This document shows positions 41,968-50,600 of a stretch of DNA of 64,000 nucleotides, one piece after another (positions within the stretch are counted from its first letter, which is position 1; every line of letters begins with the position of its first letter). A program made the translations under genes and the position numbers. Under the pieces are notes generated by a model. It saw only the letters and a list, made by a program, of their open reading frames with translations. It did no database searches and was not told the origin of the DNA. Source of the DNA: a virus; the IMG/VR virus record IMGVR_UViG_3300008108_000011, positions 1-64,000 of that record, one strand, 5' to 3'.

Positions 41968-44622
41968 ATGTTGCTACCCGAATTAAATTTACCAGTAGGT
42001 TTTGCTGGCAAAGATGGTTTCTATTGGTGGATAGGTCAGATCGAAACAGATGTAGACAAAAAGTTCTCCAATAGATATAAAGTAAGAATTGTTGGGCAGC
42101 ATGTTAAGAGTTGCACTGCTGTTTCCGTTGAGGATTTACCTTGGGCGGTAGTTATGCTGCCTGTAACTGCTCCTTCATCGGAAGGTAATAGTTCATATCA
42201 TCCAGCAAGATTACAGAAAGGAGATTGGGTAGTAGGTTTCTTTTTAGATGGTGCTGAAGGTCAACACCCTGTTATCATGGGTAGTTTCCAGAAGGTAACC
42301 AAGTCAACAACTAATACATCATTATCAAATAATAATTCTACTGCAGAGTGTCTGGCATTCACAAGATATGTTCCAGATACTAATCCTAAAATGACTGTTC
42401 CAGAAGGCAGTCAGGATGCAACTGCTAGACCAGGAATTAAAAACGGAGAAGGATCTGGATCATCAACCATTTTAAATGCTACAAATGATCAGCAATCTGG
42501 AACTAATCCACATGGAAGATATGCATGTGTTTTGATTGCAGATCCTACATGTGAAGATACATCATCATCTCAATCTAAATTTGAGCAAACCCTATCAGAA
42601 TTTTTTGGAGCAGTTTCTAAAAATGGTGGGCAGTTAGGAACTCAGATGTTGAGCAGTGTCACTGGAAAACTCTACGATTATACTGGTGCTGCTGGTGGAT
42701 ATATTAGAAGAGTATTTGGATTAGCGAGAACTTATATTAAAGCTGGAAAGTTTCAACTGCTTGCTTTGATAAAGAAGGGAGTGCAAACTTTAATATCATT
42801 CTGTTTAGGAATACCTATCCCAACATCAAATCCTAAAGATGGCAAAGCAGTTAAATTAAAAAATCAAGGTATATTAAGTAAACTATTCCAGTGGTTGAAT
42901 GAACAACTCGGATTGATTAATTGTGCCATTGCAGGATTAGAAGATAGACTTCTAGATTTTTTAACAAACTTAATTTATGGTTTACTTACGGAAGTTGTAT
43001 CTGCTGCAACTTGTAAGATAGAACAGATTGTATCTCAAATTATTAATGAGATTGAAAGTTTTCTTACCGACGCAATAAGTGCAATTCTAGGACCTCTACA
43101 AGCTATCTTAGGAATTATTGCTAGCCCACTTAATATCTTGGGAGCAATTCTACAATACATATTCACACTGTTTGGTATCTCCTGCACAGGACCAGATAAA
43201 AAATGTAAGAAACCAGAACAGTCTCAGTTTTGCACTGGAGCTGCTAATAATAAGAAACCAGGGGAAGATGATTTCGCAGCACTAGATAAATTAATTGCTG
43301 ATGTTGCTGCAGGTGGTCAAGCAGATTTACAAACAAGTTGCACAGATTACACTACATTGCCTTGCCCAGCAGTCACAACAGCAAATGTATACGGCGGAGA
43401 ACCAGGAGACGGTTCTGGTGATCCAGAAACACCACCGCCAGATGTAGAAGATCCTTTCGATAATTTCTTTGATTCATTTAATCCGCCAACTGATGACGGT
43501 AATAGAGATGGATCAGATGATATTGACGAAGAGGTTGATGCGATACCAGTTAATGCGGCAGTTAATAGCACAGTTGGTTTAAGATTAACTAGCAACTCAA
43601 GGTATAGAATTGCATTAGCACAAAGAAGTGATTATACATGGAGGGGAACTTTAAACATCAACTTATCATCTACTTCTTCTGAAGTTAGAACGCAAGATAG
43701 ATACGAAGTTGATGTCGTTTCAGTTATACCACAGACAGAGACTAATATTATAACATATTCATTGACTGCTGACAAGACAAGAGTTAGACAAAGTGAAACA
43801 ATTTCATTTACATTAAGATTATTAAGTGGATCTGTTCCAGATGGAACAGTATTTAATTATTTTATGTTTGGTTTTATTCAAGCATCTGATTTTGCTAATG
43901 GAATAAACACAGGAAGAATGACAATGATTGACGGTGTTGCTACTGCAAACATAACAATCTCTTCACAAATAAGTATAGCAGATGAAGAAGAAGTGCTATT
44001 CAGTGTGACAGAAGCTGGTTTGTCTAGGCAGTTTATCATCTACAATCAGAATCCCGTAGTAACTACACCAACAGAACCACCTAGATCATTTGTTCCTCCC
44101 ACTTTAGGAATACCTGAAGTTGATGGGGAGGGTAGGATCATATACATACCTATCGTTGACCCAGGAGATCCATATGTAAGACCTCCATTTATTAATATAG
44201 CAGGAACTGGTAGTGGTGCTTCTGCTACTGCACTTTTAGATGATAGTGGTAGGTTGACGAAGATAAAGATAGAAAGACCTGGAAGGAATTATGTTCCAAA
44301 CAAATCTAACAAAACTAGTTGTGTAATAGATGGGTTTGTTGTCATTAGACCTGGATCTGGATACACATCAGAACCAACTGTAACTGTAAATGGAGAGCAA
44401 GGAATTGCCAGAGCAATTATAAGAGATGGATTTGTAGTTGATCTTGAAGTAATAAATAAGACGAAAACCTATGAAGATTTCCCTGCTGTCAGAGTGTTTG
44501 GTGGTGGTGGATCAGGAACCAGAGTTATTTCGTCGCTCTCTTGTTTAGAAAGAGAAACATACGAAGAGTTTGCATTATCTGTTGCTCCATCTGGAGAAGC
44601 ACAAGTAATCGATTGCCCATAA
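41968..44622 (+). CDS. 5: gp5-like baseplate hub N-terminal (OB-fold) protein with accessory domains
   Basis: FYWWIGQ.E...YKVRI.G.H...LPWA...GDWVVGFFLDG...P.IMG; no T4-lysozyme domain seen. Confidence 0.8.
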   Translation: MLLPELNLPVGFAGKDGFYWWIGQIETDVDKKFSNRYKVRIVGQHVKSCTAVSVEDLPWAVVMLPVTAPSSEGNSSYHPARLQKGDWVVGFFLDGAEGQHPVIMGSFQKVTKSTTNTSLSNNNSTAECLAFTRYVPDTNPKMTVPEGSQDATARPGIKNGEGSGSSTILNATNDQQSGTNPHGRYACVLIADPTCEDTSSSQSKFEQTLSEFFGAVSKNGGQLGTQMLSSVTGKLYDYTGAAGGYIRRVFGLARTYIKAGKFQLLALIKKGVQTLISFCLGIPIPTSNPKDGKAVKLKNQGILSKLFQWLNEQLGLINCAIAGLEDRLLDFLTNLIYGLLTEVVSAATCKIEQIVSQIINEIESFLTDAISAILGPLQAILGIIASPLNILGAILQYIFTLFGISCTGPDKKCKKPEQSQFCTGAANNKKPGEDDFAALDKLIADVAAGGQADLQTSCTDYTTLPCPAVTTANVYGGEPGDGSGDPETPPPDVEDPFDNFFDSFNPPTDDGNRDGSDDIDEEVDAIPVNAAVNSTVGLRLTSNSRYRIALAQRSDYTWRGTLNINLSSTSSEVRTQDRYEVDVVSVIPQTETNIITYSLTADKTRVRQSETISFTLRLLSGSVPDGTVFNYFMFGFIQASDFANGINTGRMTMIDGVATANITISSQISIADEEEVLFSVTEAGLSRQFIIYNQNPVVTTPTEPPRSFVPPTLGIPEVDGEGRIIYIPIVDPGDPYVRPPFINIAGTGSGASATALLDDSGRLTKIKIERPGRNYVPNKSNKTSCVIDGFVVIRPGSGYTSEPTVTVNGEQGIARAIIRDGFVVDLEVINKTKTYEDFPAVRVFGGGGSGTRVISSLSCLERETYEEFALSVAPSGEAQVIDCP

Positions 44623-44628
44623 AAAATC

Positions 44629-46158
44629 ATGGCAAAAAGTTGGCTAGAACTACAAGAGAATTTAAGAACTGGAGCGGCAAAACTACCTAACCCAGTTCCT
44701 AATAGTAGTTGTGGGGTATCTGAAAATCAAACAGCACAAACAGATATACTTGGATTGCCTAATCTAGGTGAACTTACCCAACCAGTTAATGATTTCCTTT
44801 CTGGTGTTCAGGGTGAGATAGATCAGTTCGGTGCTGATGTCATGGGAGTGCTTCAAGATATTGGAGCATTTATTCCACCCGAATTACAGGGATCTGGTGG
44901 CAGCAACTCGACAACAGAAGACGGAAAATCTAAAGTTGCGGCTGTATCAAGTTTAAATCATACCATTCTAGCAAATGGCGAAGTAACAGTAACTGATGGT
45001 AGTGATTCTGATACTGGTGATAGTTTTTATTCTATAGTAACTAGTTCTGGTGGTGGAATAACATTAGATACTGATGGCAGTGTTATTTTAACAGCTGGAA
45101 AAAATCCATCTTCAGATCCAAAAACAGGAAGAGTAGATATAATTGCACAGGGAGCTGGCGTGCAAAAGTATGGTGAGTTTCTTGCCATAGAAGTTAATAA
45201 TGATAATGAGGCATTGTCAGCGGAAAATCCTTCAGTTAAAGGAGCTGCATTTTCTATTGTAGTTCATGGAAACGTTGAAATTCAATCAACATCTGGTGAT
45301 GTTAAAGTAGGTGGAAAAAATATTGTATTTTCTGCATCTGATTCTATCGAATTAAATGGAGCAGATATTAAATTATATGCTGGATCATCCAGCACAACTA
45401 CTGGTGGATCTTCTGGTAAAGCGAAAGAAGAACAAGGTGGAATCATAGAACTGAAGTGTGGATTATTAAAGAATTCTAGTGCCGCTCAACAAAATATTGA
45501 AGGTGGAACATATAACAAGGTAGATGGTGAGAAGTTTATCACCACTACTAATTCACAGGGTAACGTGACTATCGAATCCACAGGAACTCTTAATATTAAG
45601 AGTGGTGGAGACATGATAGAAGAAATTGGAGGAAGGAAACTTACTACCGTATTTGCTGCTCTCCCTGGAGTTAGCTTGGGTGGGGGGTTGATACCACCTA
45701 GACCACAAGTATTGGGAGTTTCCGCTGGATATTATATCACAAATAAGTATCCTATCATTCCTGCAGGAGGAACCTCAGCAGAAATTCCTCCTCTAGTTCA
45801 CATTGATTCAAATGTCAGTGCAGGTGGTCATGGATTCACTGTGGAAGCACCTATGGGCAACATAGGATTATACAGTAGATTTGGTAGCGTTGGTATGGCA
45901 ACCGATTTTTCTGCTTTTGCTGATATAACTCCACCTGGATTTGTTGGGGCAACTGTTCCTAAACCATTACTTCAATTAAAATCTCCTGGTGCATACATAA
46001 CAGCACTCGATAATTTAAGTATGGGTGCAAAAATTAACACCAGTCTATTCGCTGGTCCTATTCCTACAGGAGGAACACCACCTATCGATGACTCTATCAA
46101 TATTACTCCTGGAACTATCAGAGTATCTGCATTAAAGGGTGGTATTTTCTTAAACTAA
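44629..46158 (+). CDS. gp5 C-terminal-like beta-helix spike protein
   Basis: Follows the gp5 N-part; repeated I.V.G...I strands. Confidence 0.55.
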   Translation: MAKSWLELQENLRTGAAKLPNPVPNSSCGVSENQTAQTDILGLPNLGELTQPVNDFLSGVQGEIDQFGADVMGVLQDIGAFIPPELQGSGGSNSTTEDGKSKVAAVSSLNHTILANGEVTVTDGSDSDTGDSFYSIVTSSGGGITLDTDGSVILTAGKNPSSDPKTGRVDIIAQGAGVQKYGEFLAIEVNNDNEALSAENPSVKGAAFSIVVHGNVEIQSTSGDVKVGGKNIVFSASDSIELNGADIKLYAGSSSTTTGGSSGKAKEEQGGIIELKCGLLKNSSAAQQNIEGGTYNKVDGEKFITTTNSQGNVTIESTGTLNIKSGGDMIEEIGGRKLTTVFAALPGVSLGGGLIPPRPQVLGVSAGYYITNKYPIIPAGGTSAEIPPLVHIDSNVSAGGHGFTVEAPMGNIGLYSRFGSVGMATDFSAFADITPPGFVGATVPKPLLQLKSPGAYITALDNLSMGAKINTSLFAGPIPTGGTPPIDDSINITPGTIRVSALKGGIFLN

Positions 46159-46297
46159 TAGTCATTTCAAAATTGACCTCCAATTACCAAAAGGTCGCAA
46201 AAAAAATCTCGGCAAATTTTTGGTCAAAAAAGTCGAGCTTGACAAAACCCCTAAATACCGCTAAACTAGCAATGTGGCGCTTTGAGAATCGAATTTT

Positions 46298-46486
46298 ATG
46301 AATCTCCAAAATCCTTCTGAACCAGCTCTTGACAAGATTACGGTTGACCTCTATAATAAGAAGGTAATCATCCGAGGTGAACATGGAACGACTCTTACCT
46401 TTCGATGTGCCACAATTAACGAGTTAGTTGAATTAAAGGAAAAATGTGGTAAACTGTTGAAGACAGATAACTTCATTTATCGCTGA
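46298..46486 (+). CDS. hypothetical protein
   Basis: 62-aa ORF after sigma70 promoter TTGACA-17-TAAACT at 46239. Confidence 0.55.
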   Translation: MNLQNPSEPALDKITVDLYNKKVIIRGEHGTTLTFRCATINELVELKEKCGKLLKTDNFIYR

Positions 46487-46559
46487 GCTCCTTTAGCAAT
46501 CTGGCGAATGCACCGAACTCATAATTCGGCTAAGGTGGGTTCGATCCCCTCAAGGAGCA
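46487..46559 (+). tRNA. tRNA-Ile2(CAT) (lysidine type) or Met
   Basis: Cloverleaf, CCGAA-CTCATAA-TTCGG, A73; resembles cyanobacterial/plastid Ile-CAU. Confidence 0.8.
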
Positions 46560-46560
46560 C

Positions 46561-46589
46561 TTGACAGTCATTACGGCACCTGCTATAAT
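46561..46589 (+). promoter_or_regulatory. sigma70-type promoter (tRNA-Leu / cpeT unit)
   Basis: TTGACA-17nt-TATAAT. Confidence 0.8.
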
Positions 46590-46603
46590 ACTGTCATCAT
46601 CAC

Positions 46604-46687
46604 GGGGCGGTGGTGGAATCGGTAGACACACCAGACTTAAAATCTGTTGGGGGCAACCCCGTGGGAGTTCAAGTCTCCCTCGCCCTA
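46604..46687 (+). tRNA. tRNA-Leu(TAA), intron-less
   Basis: Cloverleaf with variable arm, loop CT-TAA-AA. Confidence 0.9.
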
Positions 46688-46719
46688 TTTCCCACTAAAT
46701 AATTTGTAGTGGGAATGTT

Positions 46720-46986
46720 ATGAAATACACATTATCACAAGCATATGTCTTCTACATGGGAGAAGTTGTGCGAATGTATTTCATACAAAATCTTCCATAT
46801 ACGTTTGATGAGTTACCTCAAATAATCCAAGATCATCCTTCTGTTCAAACAGAAGCACTTAGTCATCGTGATTATGATGATGAAGATCTTTACAGAGTTT
46901 CAAATTATCTTATAATGGAAGAAATGCATCCTTTGATGTTTGACTTAGAAATCGAAAATCCTGAATTGTTACCTAAAGATGATTGA
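46720..46986 (+). CDS. conserved cyanophage hypothetical protein coupled to cpeT
   Basis: VRMYFIQ..PYTFDELP; overlaps the cpeT start. Confidence 0.75.
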   Translation: MKYTLSQAYVFYMGEVVRMYFIQNLPYTFDELPQIIQDHPSVQTEALSHRDYDDEDLYRVSNYLIMEEMHPLMFDLEIENPELLPKDD

Positions 46987-47452
46987 CAAATTTTGTGAAT
47001 ATTTTGAAGGAACATTTGAGAATAAATTGCAAGCAATGTCTTATCCGACACAGTTTGCTATGATTGAACTGATTCACGAAAAAATCGATGAAAATCGTTT
47101 TCGTTGTATTCAACGTTATTATGTTGATAAAAACGAATATCGTAGAACAGTTATTGAGGTCATTCCGCAAGAAACTTCAATTCTAGTCAAAAATTATAAA
47201 GAAAAAGATGAGTTGACTTATCTTTCTGGGTGTGATATAATGTTCGAGCAGATAGGTGATGAATTTCACGGCAAAAATCTTTGTAAAACCTGCTTTGTCT
47301 CCTGGTCGGGAAAAGAAACCTATCTACAAACACAAAGTATTCTCGGAAACGGTTACTATCATGTAATTGATAAGGGATACGATATAAATACCGACGAACA
47401 TATTTGGGGTAGCTTTCACGGGCAATTCCAGTTCGTCAAATCGCCCTTGTAG
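46979..47452 (+). CDS. cpeT: T-type phycobiliprotein lyase (CpeT/CpcT)
   Basis: F.G.F.N..QA...P..FA.I...YR...GCD..F...F.G....C...YL....YHVID.GY......WGS..G.F.F. Confidence 0.88.
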   Translation: MIDKFCEYFEGTFENKLQAMSYPTQFAMIELIHEKIDENRFRCIQRYYVDKNEYRRTVIEVIPQETSILVKNYKEKDELTYLSGCDIMFEQIGDEFHGKNLCKTCFVSWSGKETYLQTQSILGNGYYHVIDKGYDINTDEHIWGSFHGQFQFVKSPL

Positions 47453-47514
47453 CTCAGTGGTAGAGCAGCGGTTTTGTAAACCGCTGGTCGTCTGTTCGAA
47501 TCAGATCGGGGGCT
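47443..47514 (+). tRNA. tRNA-Thr(TGT)
   Basis: Cloverleaf, loop TT-TGT-AA; overlaps the cpeT stop. Confidence 0.93.
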
Positions 47515-47535
47515 CTCCGTGTGAAGGAAGTGATA

Positions 47536-47559
47536 CCTGAGGTTCGCCTCAGGTTTTTT
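47536..47559 (+). terminator. intrinsic terminator
   Basis: CCTGAG-GTTCGC-CTCAGG-T6. Confidence 0.8.
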
Positions 47560-47561
47560 CT

Positions 47562-47569
47562 TATAAATA
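47562..47569 (+). promoter_or_regulatory. T4-type late promoter of the giant structural gene
   Basis: TATAAATA, about 40 nt before ATG 47608. Confidence 0.8.
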
Positions 47570-47607
47570 ACTCAGAAGAAATCTCCATACTACGGGTTAC
47601 TGAGAAG

Positions 47608-50600
47608 ATGCCATTAACAAGATTAGATAATCTTATTTCTAGTAAGACTGGTAAATATCTTTATGTTTCACCTGACGACTTTAATGCTACAGATGCCTTA
47701 GATAACAGAGGTAATTCTCCTCTAAGACCATTTGTTAGTATTCAAAGAGCATTTTTAGAAGCGGCAAGATTCTCGTATCTACCTAATGTAGATAATGACA
47801 GGTTTGACCAGTTTACAATCATGCTGTCGCCTGGCAATCACTATATTGATAACCGCCCTGGTGTGGAAGATGTTTCTACTCTTCCAATTTTTCAATTTAA
47901 TCAGGCAACACAAGAGTGGGAAGCAAATACTAATGTAAGCTTCGATCTCTCAGACCCAGATAATATTCTCTACAAGTTCAATGGTCGTGATGGTGGCGCA
48001 ACCATTCCTAGAGGAACTTCTCTTGTTGGAACAGATCTTCGCAGAACACAAGTTCGTGCTTTATATGTTCCAGATCCTGCTGATCCAGATGTTCCTCGCA
48101 CAGCTCTCTTTAATGTAACGGGTGGATGCTATTTCTGGCAGTTTACCATTCTAGATGGTGATTTAGAAGCAAGTTCGCCATTATATAATGTTGGATCTCC
48201 TGTTGGTGTTGGTAAAGTATACACGCAACCTGGCAGCACTACGAATTTAGCAATTCCTGAATTCTCTCACCACAAAATGACAAACTTTGTGTTTGCCGAC
48301 AGAGAGGATCTAGGTTTACTTTACAGAAAGATTGCTCGTGTATTCAGTGATTATCAACCAGCAATTGATGACGTATATGTAGAAGGTTCAAATACTCCTG
48401 TTACCGATTCTTGGTTTAGCACCACAACCTACCAGATTGGTGATAGGGTTCTTTATGATGGAAATGCTTATATAGCTAGTGCTGTATCCACAAATATTGC
48501 TCCTGATGCAGATGAAACAAAGTGGTCTCGTCTTGTAATTCGTGGTCGTGAATTTGATTTCAGGGTTCAAGAAAATAGAATCGTTGGTCCTCTTTCTGAC
48601 GCTGTTAGATTAGATGAGGTAACAATTTTAGATTCTAACCCCGCAGGAACAGTTACTGTTAAAGTAAGAACAAAAATTAATCATGGTTTCTTCCCTGGTC
48701 AATACGTTGCAATTTCCAATAATGGATTGAATACTACACTCAATGGTGTATTCAAAGTAACTGCTATCAGTCAAACTGATCCAAAAGAATTCGAATATAA
48801 AGTTGCAACCACAGCAACTGGTTTAGGATTGATTAGCGGAACTACTTACACTGCAGTATCTTCTCCATCACTTGACACTAACGCTACCGTACAGGCGGAG
48901 GTAGATAGCGTAGAATCAGCATCTCCATACGTCTTCAACGTTTCGATTCGTTCGACATGGGGTATTTGCGGTATTTGGGCTGATGGTCGCAAGGCGACTG
49001 GTTTCAAATCCATGGTTATCGCCCAGTATACTGGTGTTTCGCTACAGAAAGACGACAGAGCATTCATTCGTTACGACGAATTCAGCAACACATGGAACCA
49101 GGCACCACTAACTGATGCGTTTGCTACAACTCCTTATCACATCAAGGGAGATGCATATTGGAAGGATGATTGGAGAAACTTCCACGTTCGTGCTTCAGAT
49201 GACTCCTTCATTCAGAACGTTTCGATCTTCGCGGTAGGTTTTGCTGATCACTTCCTGCTTGAGTCAGGTGGTGACATGTCTATCACCAACTCGAACTCAA
49301 ACTTTGGTAACACTTCGATGCACTCGAAGGGATACAAAGGTTTTGCATTCTCGCAAGATAAAGGCGGATACATCACTCATATTGTTCCACCAAAATCTCT
49401 TTCTACTCTAAAAAATATTAAGCAACAGTATTATGTTCTGGATGCTCAATTAACTAGAGCTACTTCTAATCAAAATAGATTATATTTTGGATCTGATGAT
49501 GCTCGTAGCGCAGAAGATCGCCCAGCAGCATCGATTGGTGGGTATAGAATTGGTGCAAGAAGAAATGAAAAATTATTTGTAAAACTAGATACTTCTGCTG
49601 CTAAGCAAGCAGAACTTTCTCCATCTGGGTTTAAGAGATGGGTTTCTTCTCTATCCACAATTTCTCCAACTGGTTCTAGATCTGTAGAAGATATAAGTCG
49701 TTTGTATGTAACTAGCACTGTTGGATTTGCTTCAAATGATTTTGTTAAAGTTGATAACGAATTTTTCAGAATTACTGCAGTTAATCCTTCTAGTTTAAAT
49801 GTAGTAAGAGCACAATTGTCATCTGCAGCATCTGATCATGTTAATGCATCTATTGTTACAAAATATATTCAAAACGCTGTAGCGACTACTGTTCTTAATG
49901 AAGAAGTTGATGCTACTGAGACAGTATTTGACGTTCAGAGCACTACTGGTCTTGCTCCAAATATGTTTGCTAGTATTACTAATAGTCAAACATCTATTAA
50001 TGAAACAGTTAGAATTGTAACTATTGAGGGTGCTAGTCAAATTACAGTTCAGAGGGGTCAGTTAGGAACTATTGCTGTTGCTCAACCACAGACATCTTTA
50101 GTTACTCTAACAACACTTTCAAATACATATTCTCCTGCTTCTCCTAGTGTAACAACAACTCTCACTGAGAGATATCCAAGAATTACTCCTGCATCAAATG
50201 CATCAGAAAGAGATTATAATCTTGCACAAGATGCTGCGAATCTAATTGATTCAAATAAAACATTCATTCAAGCAGAAGCATTTGGATATGTTTTACAGAA
50301 ATATCCATATCTTCAAAATATTTCTTATGTAAACCCAAATATCACTGCGGAAACTGGTAGATATCGTGATGCCAGCAATTTGATTAAAGCAAATCGCCAA
50401 GAAATTATTGATTATGCTTTCACTCAAATGCAAGTTGCATTCCCTTCATTCGTTGTTCCAAACAATGAAAATGATAAGTGTAAGCGTGATATTGGATATA
50501 TTGTAGATGCAATCGCAAACGATTTATATGATGGTGGAAATGCAAGCATCATTGAGGCAACCAAAGCATATTTTGACAATAACGGATCTTTAATTACAAA

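Noticed and set aside
47521-47607. 4074-aa start at GTG 47521 for the giant protein
   Set aside because: That segment contains a terminator and the late promoter; ATG 47608 (MPLTRLDNL) is the plausible start.
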